Of a stretch of DNA of 64,000 nt, positions 53,269-64,000 are shown one piece after another (the first letter of the stretch is position 1; every line of letters begins with the position of its first letter). The position numbers and the translations under genes are program-made. The notes under the pieces are model-generated. The model did not search any database and was not told the origin of the DNA. It worked only from the letters and a program-made list of their open reading frames with translations. The DNA is from Octopus vulgaris (Eukaryota). Location: positions 59,396,001-59,460,000 of the forward strand of contig OX597825.1 in the NCBI GenBank assembly GCA_951406725.2. The letters are read 5' to 3'.

Positions 53269-54248
53269 TAGTAGTGGACAAAATTAGATAACGAAAATAA
53301 AAATTAAAGATACTTACATTTGTATTTCATTTCAAGTATGTTCATTATTTGCAATAAATTTTGTAGGGAGTGATTAATAACTAAATAATTTATAACAGAG
53401 AAAATGTTTATTTGAAAAAATACAAGATGGACAGAATTAGAAAACGTATGGCGTAAAATTCATAAAGTAAAATCTGGCAACACTCCGACTGATGTAAACT
53501 AAGTTGACCTAAGAGTGTGAAGATTTATATTGAGCAGTAGTTAAGGAAAACCATGGAAAACCGACGTAAAGTTGAAAGCCTGGCAATTTCTGATATCGCC
53601 AGAGACATTTATAGATCAAAGAGTGTTGTTTCAAGAAAAACTCAAGCTTTACGAAGAAACAAGCGAGTTTCGAGGGAGACCACGGAAAACAAACGTTCGG
53701 CAAGACCGTGTGATTCAGAGGCTGGCGTTAAGAGACCATTTCGATATTGTTGCAGGAATTTCTCACCAAGTAAATCGTGATTATGGAATGAATGTGTCTT
53801 GGAAGACTATGACTTGTTGTTTGAATGAACCCGGTTTTCATGCCAGTTTCCCCACCATTAAACCTCTCATCAGTATAAAGAATCGAAAAGCGAGGTTAGC
53901 CTTTGCCAACGAGCACGTACTTTGGACGGACGACAATTGGTCGCTTGTGTTCTTCAGTGACGACAGCAAGTTCAGTTTGGTTGGTCCCGATGATATGTAG
54001 TACGTGAGACATCGCAAAGTTGAAAAATTGGTCCCTAAATGCGTGAAGAAATCAGTGAAGTTTGCAAGTGGGAGTTTAATGATCTGGGGAATGATTTCCG
54101 CAGTAGGTGTTGGGCCTTTGATCCGGATCCATGGTAACGTGAATTTAGCCATATACAAAAACATCTTTCTGCAGTATGTTGTGCCAGCCATGAGGTCGTC
54201 TCCAACTCGCCAGCCAATCTTTATGCAGGGTAATGCACCATGTCACCA
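53269..54248 (+). mobile_element. Tc1-family transposon, left part (IR/DR-type end), 3'-truncated
   Basis: End TAGTAGTGGACAAAATTAGATAACG with inner direct repeat TGGACAGAATTAGAAAACG (53428-46). Transposase reads GRPRKT...KPLIS.KNRKARLAFA...WSLVFFSDDSKF*...GSLMIWG...FMQGNAPCH. Confidence 0.9.
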
Positions 54249-55168
54249 TTTCATCTACACTGAAATTTTTTCCAGACAGAGACACAGTTTTATACTTATC
54301 ACAAAGTAAATCAATAATAGGACGTACTTTATACAGGGGATCGTGGTTTGGGTCATTCTTGCTGGGGGCATTAACAGAATAAGATAAATGTAAATATCGA
54401 GATATTTTCGAATACCTCGTTTTCGACATAATGCTAGAAATATATGGATCACCATACCTTGCACCAGGACTCCAGTAGTTCCACACTCGAAGGAGCTGCT
54501 TGATACCAAACACAACGTTTATGGTAAAAAAAGCTCGCATTTTCGCAGTATTGGTTGGCTGCCATAGTGGATCGGGTCTTCAGCGAATAGAAATTATGCA
54601 TTGACCATATTTATTCGTTTCTTCTGCGACAGTTACAAAAAAAAAAGAAAAACTTTCTGGTAAAAATAAAAATAAATAGTCTAATGGTTGAGCATCGGGA
54701 GGTAGGTTGTGTTGTGGACAGGTCATTTCTGTGAAATTGGGAATTGTGGTTGATGTAGTAATCTTCGACCATTTTGCCGTAATGTTTTGAATATCATTTT
54801 CATCACTTTCATTTTTATCACTTTTAATATCAAAATCTTCCTTGTCCGACGAAAATTCATTAATATCAATATCAGATTCGCCCGAAGACAGATCACAGTT
54901 GTTTTCGTTTATATTTCGCACATCATCAAGAGTAAAACCTTCAAAGTATGAGTCGCTATTTGTTGACGCCATATTGATAAATACTAAGTTACACACTTCT
55001 CTTCAAATGTTGAAAAAAAAGCTATGTGGTCTCAAAAAGGCGGGAAAGGCTTTATCTCGCATTATCTTAAAGCTATGAGAATTCAATAACGTGATTTGTT
55101 TATCTTTTAGCGATTTCGTAGAGGAATCGGATACAGCCGGATTTGGTCGATTCAGACAAATAAAGGAG
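54244..55168 (-). mobile_element. piggyBac-family transposon, 5' part, decayed
   Basis: Acidic N-terminus, then P.DYL.LF...ETNKY, YWS......I...MS..RY..I.RYLH and DPLYKVRPIID...FSVDEM (first catalytic D), with frameshifts. Confidence 0.88.
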
Positions 55169-55335
55169 AAATATTTTCGGTGAGTTGACAGAATCGTCAG
55201 TATGTCGGACAAAATTATTTGCACGGCTCTTGACGATCTGAGCTTAAATCCCGCCAAGGTCAACTTTGCCTTTCATGCTCTTTCAAAATCGATAAAATAA
55301 AGTACCAGTTAAGTACAAAGGGCAATAGTATAAAC

Positions 55336-56259
55336 TAGTCTTTCTCAACCATATTTTGCCTATGGACCTCTTTGATTTCTATTTAGACCCTCATAGCCAT
55401 CAGTGTTTTAAAAATCCTATAATATTTTAAATAATATAATATCATTAGGAATTGTATTCTTTTACTTGTTTCAGTCATTTGACTGTGGCCATGCTGGAGC
55501 ACCGCCTTTAGTCGAGCAAATCGACCCCCAGCACTTTTCTTTGTAAGCTTAGTACTTATTCTATCGTTCTCTTTTGCCGAACCGCTAAGTTACGGGGACG
55601 TAAATATACCAGCATCGGTTGTCAAGCGATGTTGGCAGGACAAACACAGACACAGAAACATACATACACACACACACACATTCAGTTTCCGTCTACCAAA
55701 TCCACGCATAATGCTTTGGTCGGCCTGAGGCTATAGTAGAAGACACTTGCCCAAGGTGCCACGTAGTGGGACTGAACCCGGAACCATGTGGTTGGTAAGC
55801 AAGCTGCTTACCACACAGTCACTCCTGCGCCTATTAAAAAGAATGTTAAATATTTTGTGTATTGTAAAAGTATCAGCAATGTCTCTATCTTTTATCTTTT
55901 ACTTGTCTCAGTCATTTGACAGCGGTCATGCTGGGGCAGCACCTTGTAGAATTTTGTAGTCGAACGAAATCGAGCTCAGTACTTTGTTTTAAGCCTGGTA
56001 CTTATTCTATCGGTCTTTTTTGCCGAACCACTTCGTTACAAGAACGTAAATGCACGAACACCGGTTGTCTAGCGGTAGTGGTGAACAAACATAGACACAA
56101 AGATACGCACACATTGATCCATATATATAGGACTGAACCCGGAACCATGTGGTTGGGAAGCAAGCTTCTTACCACACAGCTACACCGGCAGATAAATTTT
56201 AACTAGAAAGACTTATATGGACCCCCTGGGGTCATATAGATCACCGTTGAAGACCACTA
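55336..56259. mobile_element. hAT MITE with nested family-A SINEs
   Basis: TIRs TAGTCTTTCTCAAC / GTTGAAGACCACTA; 8-bp TSD GTATAAAC (55328-35) / GTATAGAC (56260-67). Confidence 0.7.
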
Positions 56260-56802
56260 GTATAGACTAATACCCTTCTCTTCAAAAGTTCCACGCATTG
56301 TATCACGTTGATATCTCTTGAGATTTTGCGTGAAAGGTACATGTACCTTTGAAATTCTCAACCATTTATATGCTAACTCAATGAATAGGTAGTTGACTTA
56401 AAGAAACAACTGAATATTTATCATCAACCAAACCAACGGAGATCCGCTTTTACTGGGATAATTTTCTGAGTCAATGAACTCATGTTCCATTAAGAAACTA
56501 TAAAATGCTTACATTTTTGGATCGGAACACTTAGCGTCAGCGATACAAATATTGATTTCGTTTTTACGTAAACAAGATCCAATGTTTTTAATGGAGAATT
56601 ATAGCGAAGATTGGATAGACTTAAGTAAATTACTTGGATGTATGTGGTCAGCCCTAGAGGGATGATGGGTCAAATCAATTACAGTGGGATTTGAACTTGG
56701 AACCTTGGAAGATAAAATGAAATACAGGTATTGATTAGAGAAAGCCAATTTCCATAGGAAGGAATATAGGTATAGGTAGCGCCACTGATTTCATTATATT
56801 TA

Positions 56803-57680
56803 AGGTGGCGAAGGCGGCGAGCTGGCAGAAACGTTAGCGCGCCGGACGAAATGTTTAGCGGTATTTCGTCTGTCGTTACGTTCTGAGTTCAAATTCCGCC
56901 GGGGTCGACTTTGCCTTTCATCCTCTCGGGGTCGATAAATAAAGTACCAGTTTCGCACCGGGTCGATATAATCGACTTAATCCCTTTGTCTGTCCTTGTT
57001 TGTCCCCTCTATGTTTAGCCCCTTGTGGGTAGTAAAGACATATATTTAAGGCGGCGAGCTGTCAGAATCGTTTGCACGCCGTGAAAGATAATTAACAGCA
57101 TTTTGTCCGTCTTTACATTCTGAGTTCAATTTTTGCCGTGGTAGACTTTGCCTTTCACCCTTTCGGGAACGATAAAATAAGTACCAGTTGAGCACTGGGA
57201 CCGAAATTGCTGGCCTTGTGCCAAAATTTGAAATCATTAATTTTAAGGTGTCAAATTGGCCGAATCATTTGAGTGTCGGAAAAAAATTACTTTATGTTCT
57301 GAGCTCAAATTTCGGCGAGGTCATCTTTGATTTTAATTCTTTCAGGGTTGATAAAATAAATTATTAGCCATGTACTAGTGATGATGACGCGGACTAATCT
57401 CCTCCTATCAAAATTAATGCCTTTGGCACCAAGATTAGGAACCATTACGCTGCTGGTGTTTAAGGTGGTGAGCTTGTAGAATCGTTAGAGCGTCAGAAAA
57501 AATGTTTTGCATCATTTGTTCCGGCTCTTAATGTTTTGTGTTCAGACCTCGCCTTTGTCAACTTTATCACTCGTCTCTTTGGGGGTCGATAAAATAAAGC
57601 GCTTGTCAACCACTGGATCAATGGTATCAACCTAATACACCTCTTCTCAAAGTTGTTGGTCTAGTGTCAAAATTCGAAAC

Positions 57681-57682
<2 letters not shown>
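56803..57682 (+). mobile_element. Four consecutive same-orientation family-C SINE copies
   Basis: Heads TAAGG(C/T)GG(C/T)GAGCT at about 56803/56811, 57047 and 57461, plus a more decayed head at about 57243; divergence differs among copies. Confidence 0.8.
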
Positions 57683-57728
<46 letters not shown>

Positions 57729-57799
57729 CGTCATCGTCGTCGTTGTTGTTGTTGTTGTTGTTGTTGTTATTGTTGTTGTTGTTGTTGTTATTATTATTT

Positions 57800-59848
57800 T
57801 GTTTTACTTAGATCATTCGGTTTTGTTTTCTTCTGGTAGATTTTGTGAGAGCGGATAACAGCTTGCCGCCAGAGGTCTCACAGGGTCTCTTTCTGCACAT
57901 TATAAGCTTTGATATTTGGTTGTTAATTGCCGTGGGAGGCATTCACCATCCAAGTACCAATTTCAAAATCCTAGCTATCCCCAACAGAGCATTTTTTTTT
58001 GGGCTCGTTCTGCTCTCATGTCAATTCTGATTTCTTTGACTTTGATTTCTTTCACTAACTTGGTTGTTAGTGGCCTGAGTGCCCCTACAACTACTGGAAT
58101 GACAGACACTCTCCCTATAGTCCACATTCTTGCAATTTCGTCTTTTAGTAGTTTGTACTTTTCAATCTTTTCTAGTTCTTTTGTTACTTACACGTACATC
58201 TCCAGGTATTGCAATATCTATGATCTTGGTTTCCTTTTTTCCTTTATCTACTACAACAATATCTGGTCTCCAACCCTTGATTAGAGAGTCACATTGGATT
58301 GTAAAATCCCACAGTATCTTATATTCCCTGTTCTTGGTGATTCCTTTTGGTTCATGTTCGTACCATTTCTGTGTTCTGTTCAGGCTGTACTTTTCCCAAA
58401 GCCTCCAGTGGACAAACTTAGCCACATTATTGTGCCTTATTTTGTAGTGATTTTGGGCCAGCTTGTGAGATTGTTTCGTTTCTGTAAAGGGACGATTCGC
58501 TATTCTTATCTGTTTGGAACTTGGTGTAATTAGCTCTCAGAGCTTGTTCCTAGGTGCTGCATAGTTCCTAGGTGCTGCCTTAGTGCGTCCTTTCACATCA
58601 CTTTTTCTTAGTCATCTCCAAGTGTTCTTGCTTTTTCCTTCGATTTCTCTGAGATATTGCCCACGCAGTGGTTTTATTTTCCAGTTGTTTACTCGTTCTT
58701 CATCATCTTGTTTCTTAAATGTTTGAGGGTGTATCACATTTTCGGCAGGTATTATATTGTTAATTTTAATAGAGGCAAGCAATTTATTCACTCTGCTGTT
58801 TGGTGTACCGACCCAGACTGTTCTTCTCATTGACAACACAGATATTGCATCCTATGAGATCTCTTCCACCCCTATTTCTTGGCACATACAGTCTGTTAGT
58901 ATCACTTTTGGGGTGTAACTCCTTACAAATTGTCATCACTTTTCTAGTCTTCCTGTCCATTTCCTTAAGCTCATTCTTTGTTCACCTGAGAACACCTGCG
59001 CCTTATCGCTTAAGGAAACAGCCCATGTGATCATTGCCTTGATTTTGTTTTTTCCATTGAGTCTTCTTTCCATAATTAACTTGGTTCTCCTGAGATATTC
59101 TTACCTAAAGCTTTCCTTCATTTCACTTACCTTGATTTTGTCGTATTCTAAAATCCCCAGATATTTATATCCGTTAGTCTCAATATCCTTGATTTTCTCG
59201 CCGTTGGGTAGCTCTACACCACCAGACGACATTACTTTACCTCTTTGTATTATAAGCATACACTTTTTAGTCCCAAATTCCATTCCGATATCCTTACTGA
59301 ATATCTGTGCTGTTGAAATTAGGCTATTTATTTCATTCGGTCTTTCCAAAGATTTTTAAATCATCCATATATAACAGATGATTTAATTTTTTCTCCACTT
59401 TTCAAGGTGTACCCCGATGCCACTCTCCGTAGTATTTGTGTGATGGCTACCATACAAATCACAAACAGAAATGATGATAAGCTATCTCCTTGAAATAAAC
59501 CTCTCTTGATGGTAACCGTGGCCAAAAAATTTCCACATGAATTTAACTCTGTATTCCAGTTTTTCATTGATCTCCTAATGAAATTTAATGTTATCAGACA
59601 CCTGTACCGGCTCAAAAATTTCTAAAACCTAGGAATAATCGATCCACGCCATGTCCAGATTAGTAAGTCTTTTCTTGCAGTCTTTCAGTACCATTCTGTC
59701 TATCAGGAGTTGGTCTTTTGTACCTCAGCTTTTCCTTCTGCGCCCTTTCTGTTCCACTAGCAGTTTGTCACTCATTTCCAGGAAGTTATATACATAATTA
59801 GATATTATTCCTGTCATCAGCTTCCACATCAGTGGTAAGCAGGTTTAT
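57800..59848 (-). mobile_element. 5'-truncated R4/Dong-like non-LTR retrotransposon (RT plus restriction-like endonuclease)
   Basis: RT motifs RGLFQGDSLS and HLLYMDDLK, plus YKYLGILE. REL motif KILWDF.IQCD...RPDIVVVDK...IIDIAIP. The 3' end runs into (TAA)n/(CAA)n. Confidence 0.9.
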
Positions 59849-59849
59849 T

Positions 59850-60356
59850 AGTTATCTCCATCGCTGGCGGTCCCGTGCCAGCCTCTCTCCATCCTGTAAG
59901 GTGATGTTGAGCCTCTAGAGATCTTTCCCAATTACGTCCAGCCATCTGGTACGAGGTCTGCTACGATGTCTCTACCAGTCCATAGCTGCTGCATCGAATG
60001 AGAGTAAAGCCCTGGTGGGATGAGATAACGGGAGACGGAGGACATGTCCACACCAGCACATGCGACGGAATTCTATGAGGTGGGAGGCTGCGGACTGATG
60101 CGTGCATGCACTTACTTCTTTGTTGGAGACGTAATGGTACCATCTGATGTTCTCTATGGTTATCAGGGCACTGGTATTGAAGCCGTCGAACCTCTTTGCC
60201 AGGGTGTTCGAGAGGGGCCATGTTTCTGCTCCATAGAAGAGAATGGAGAGCGCCGATGTATTGTGGATACGGAGCTTCGTCTTCCGGGACGTAGAGCAGT
60301 GATGCCAAAGAGGATTCATAGGGAGTACATGACCCCGGCAGCCAGACCATATCTGA
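59850..60356 (-). mobile_element. RTE-clade LINE 3' fragment
   Basis: RKTKLRI....LSILFYGAETW...DGF...I.W...VSN.EV...RR..W.GHVLR, then RPRTRWLD. Confidence 0.85.
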
Positions 60357-60887
60357 GGGTGATCTCTATCATTTAAACCTTATGTGCGTCGTGATCTAGT
60401 CCAAAAGAGAATTAATTTAAGGTCTCTGGAAGGTTCATATATTCTTAAGAAACTATTATAGTTTTTTGGCTTTAGTTTTCATCGGAAAATATAGAATCGA
60501 TTAAAACTAGCTGAATACGAACCCAGAAGGTAAAAGAAAGCAGCAAAACTCGGCATGGTATATTAGTTCAACGTTCTAAGTGTTTGGGTCGAAATTTTCT
60601 ATCTTTACCATTCTTCAATCGTGATATAATAATTATAGGTTCAACCGTTACAAATCATTAAAAGACTTGTGTTAGTTGATTTCAAAAGTAATTTTTATAG
60701 AATGTTGCGAGCCTCGAAACTAGTTTATGGTTTCAGTATTAATAAACCAGTGAGATAGGTAATGCAACACGAAAAGATTCATTCAGGCAGATATTTTCCT
60801 GTTCAATCGATTATTAACAGGTAAAAATGAAATATTAGGATTCTGTAACGTGGAAGACCAGCAGCGCATACAGTTGCTTCCATGAAT

Positions 60888-60969
<82 letters not shown>

Positions 60970-61084
60970 ACACACACACACATACACACACACACATGCA
61001 CATCTATGCCTACATTTTCGCATATATATATATATATATATAAATATATATGGAGAAATATATCTATCTATCAAACTATTTCCT

Positions 61085-61131
<47 letters not shown>

Positions 61132-62214
61132 CGGTAAATGGAAATCATATAGCAAGATAGTTATACTGAAGCCGGTTAATGTTAAAGTCAAATACAGTTT
61201 TTCCAAAGTCCTGAAGAAATATTCTTAACGATAAAGCAATGGTGAGCGCGCATTGCGTTAAATATCTAGAAATCACGTTATTATTTTATATTTCATACAA
61301 GAAAGAAAAACATTATTCTATTTTGTTTTCTCGTTGTCATTATTATTAGATAACCTATTTCGTTCATTGATATATTATTAACTACAATTGTTGGACTATT
61401 CTGTAAAGGCTTTCGTTCTGCTATACAATGCAGCAACATTTTTTATCATCTTCACTAACTCTAAAATGAATCGTTTGGGGTGGAGAGGAGGGAAACGGTC
61501 AGATTGCATGTATGAAGATAAAGAACGGTAACCTACCGACTTTTTCTCTCGCTCGACATACGTTAGGAAATATTGGATTGTGTACATCAATCCTATTGAG
61601 TAAGTAAACCTTATTCTAGATATCTCTACTCATCTATGGTGGCTATTGTTCGTGCAAAACTACATTTTCTATTCTTAAACTTGCTGAAGATTAATTTTAG
61701 TTGGTTCAAATCCTCCATTTATCAGATATTTATTCTCGAATCAGAATATTTGGTCAGTAAAAGAAATGAGAGAAAAATAGAAATAAAATGCATCATTCCA
61801 CGCTAAGTTCAGAATAATGTCGATCTAAAGAGAACTGAATAAACTACCAGTTCCGTTAACGAGAAATGGTGGTGGGGAACTTGCTGGAGCTCACGATATG
61901 CGCGTTTACGGGATTGTATACGCGCACGCACGCACGCATTACACACAAACATACCGTGAAGTATCAAAAATCATAGGCACTTCCATTACAAAAATGATAC
62001 TACACAAGCCAACGAAGGAGACTTTACACGCAGTATAAACAACAGCTGAATCTTCCTCAGAAAAACGCATTATGCTATGTGGTTTTAAGTACCGTCTTAG
62101 GCGGTACTTAGGTCTGTATTAAGACTACACTTAGGACCACATTGCGACGATGCTCTTCATATCACCAACCCTAAAGCATCGTCATAGCTTAATTCTCTTA
62201 AGAAAAAGAAAAAA

Positions 62215-62450
62215 ACTTCCATAACAAAGTGTTCTGTATTTCGACCAAATCTTTTACAAACATCACATTATACTTCCCTGAAAGTCACACTACACTTCTT
62301 CAAAGCTATTACATACTTCCATGAAAAAGTAATACACTTCCAGAAGAAGAGCACCACATTTCCATAAAAACGACAGTACACTTTCATTAAAACAATACAC
62401 TTCCGCAACAAAGAATACTACACTTCCATAAGAGGAGCACTACAAACCAT
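62215..62450. repeat. Degenerate ~22-24-bp minisatellite (TACACTTCCATAA core)
   Basis: About ten recurrences of (T)ACACTTCC(A) at regular spacing. Confidence 0.7.
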
Positions 62451-63469
62451 CATACTACCTTTCAAGCCACTCTCCAGCTAATTCACTTTAATCCTTACCT
62501 TCCCTCTTGCTACCTGGTCTCTCCAAACATGCCATTATGGCTGTTGATTTTATTTTCATTTTGATGTTCGATCATGTGCGATTCATGCGTTTCCCATTTT
62601 CAACCAATGAGAGTCAAGTGTATACATGATAATTTTAGAAAATTCCGATACCAGCTGTTTTATAAGAAACCGAATTTGGCGCAATATTTCGGAGAGTTTC
62701 ATTTGCTTCACCGCAGACACGCCAACTCTGCTCTCAAGCGATTCCTCTTTATGAGTAGCTACCTTCACAGTTATAAACCAGAAATGATGAAAGAAATCAA
62801 CGCCATCCATTTTTGCAGCAATGTGTGGACCAATTTAATCATTAAGATTTCAACTCCAGTAAATGCGACGTTCTTGTAACGTGACGCTGTCTGTTTTTCA
62901 TGAAGCTTTGTACAATAATAATAATAAATATTATTGTTGGTTGTGTGGTAAGTAGCTGTGTGGTAAGTAGCTTGTTTACCAACCACATGGTTCCGGTTCA
63001 GTTCCACTGCGTGGCACCTTGGGCAAGTGTCTTCTACTATAACCTGGGACAGACCCATACCAGCTGTTTTATAAGAAACCGAATTTGGCGCAATATTTCG
63101 GAGTGTTTCATTTGCTTCACCGCAGTCACAAAAACTCTGCTCTCAACCGATGCCTCTTTTATGTCCCTTACTTAGCGGTTATAAACGGCAAAAGAGACCG
63201 ATAGAATAAGTATTTTTGCAGCAATGTGTGGACCAATTTACAAAAGAATTTCAAGTCCCGGGATCGAGTTGCTTGATTAAAGGCGGTGACGCATGGCTGC
63301 AGTCAAATGACTTTGAAACAAGTAAAAAGTAAAAGAGTAAAGAGTAAAGAGTATATAAACTATCACTATATTTTGTTTTAACTATTCGCTACACCATCTT
63401 CAAGAATGACCGCTTTTGGCACGCTAACCTAGTCACCATTCCCAGTTTCAATGAATCCCCAATACTACA

Positions 63470-63740
63470 TTTTAGATTTGTTAATAACCTAAGTCACCGT
63501 TTTATCAGACGTTCCATCCCCTCAAGCCATACACAATCTGAAACGTTCGTCTGCTCCCTCTCTCGTTTTAACATCTATCTTTCTACTTTTATGACTTCGT
63601 AACTTTGCATTTTCGATTTGACAATAACCTAAGTTCCCTTTTTATCAGACGTTCCATCACCCCTTGCCATTGGCAATCTGGACTGTTCGTCTGCTCCTTA
63701 TCTCGCTATAACATCTGTCTTTATACTTTTATAACTTCAC
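63470..63740. repeat. Diverged ~140-bp tandem duplication
   Basis: AATAACCTAAGT...TTTATCAGACGTTCCATC...GTTCGTCTGCTCC...TAACATCT occurs twice (about 63483 and 63622). Confidence 0.8.
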
Positions 63741-64000
63741 AATTTCTGAATCTATTTTCCAAGTTGTCAGCCATTTTATTTGACCCTCTAGCAACGGCAT
63801 ATATTGCATCAAATGTCAATACTGTAATAGCTGTACATAGCTGAGATGTATAATGTTTTAAAATCATCATCATTATAATTATTTATTCGCGTAATTCTGA
63901 ATTTCTTCAGCTGCTACAGTATTAAATTTCTTCAAATTAGTTAGACACTTTAGAGACACGTCTCTGCAAGTAAATTCAACCAACCAACCAACCAACCAAC

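Noticed and set aside
62215-62450. Regularly spaced short repeats superficially like a CRISPR array (also 3960-4375)
   Set aside because: Degenerate contiguous minisatellite units with no unique spacers and no cas genes, in a eukaryotic context.
62574-62879. 101-aa ORF in unique-looking sequence
   Set aside because: No recognisable motif in any frame and no convincing splice sites; at most a faint transposon resemblance.

Overview
AT-rich, microsatellite-dense eukaryotic DNA. The tRNA-derived SINE families and very long (TA)n/(CA)n/(ATCT)n tracts suggest an Octopus-like cephalopod genome (inference). One host gene is supported: a 7-exon PRCC orthologue on the + strand (CDS 23746-44226, 1293 nt, 430 aa, all GT-AG introns with consistent phases). 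The rest is mostly transposon debris: several SINE families, Penelope-like (GIY-YIG) retroelement fragments, an R4/Dong-like REL-endonuclease LINE abutting a (TAA)n tract, RTE LINE fragments, two Tc1/mariner remnants, a piggyBac remnant plus TTAA MITEs, hAT elements and non-autonomous Helitrons. Almost all supplied ORFs are microsatellite artefacts. The most unusual signal is a recurring architecture: short insertions made of one full unit plus a head-to-head inverted partial copy, three with 11-13 bp target duplications. Two carry clear minimal hammerhead-ribozyme (HHR) motifs and one a weak motif. The copy at 36950-37435 joins a tRNA-like Pol III head to an HHR, suggesting a SINE that may be mobilised by Penelope-like elements. 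Several such fold-backs lie within or just downstream of PRCC and could be dsRNA substrates for A-to-I editing. I cannot establish novelty without database searches. Repeat boundaries were read by eye and are approximate unless anchored by TSDs or TIRs.
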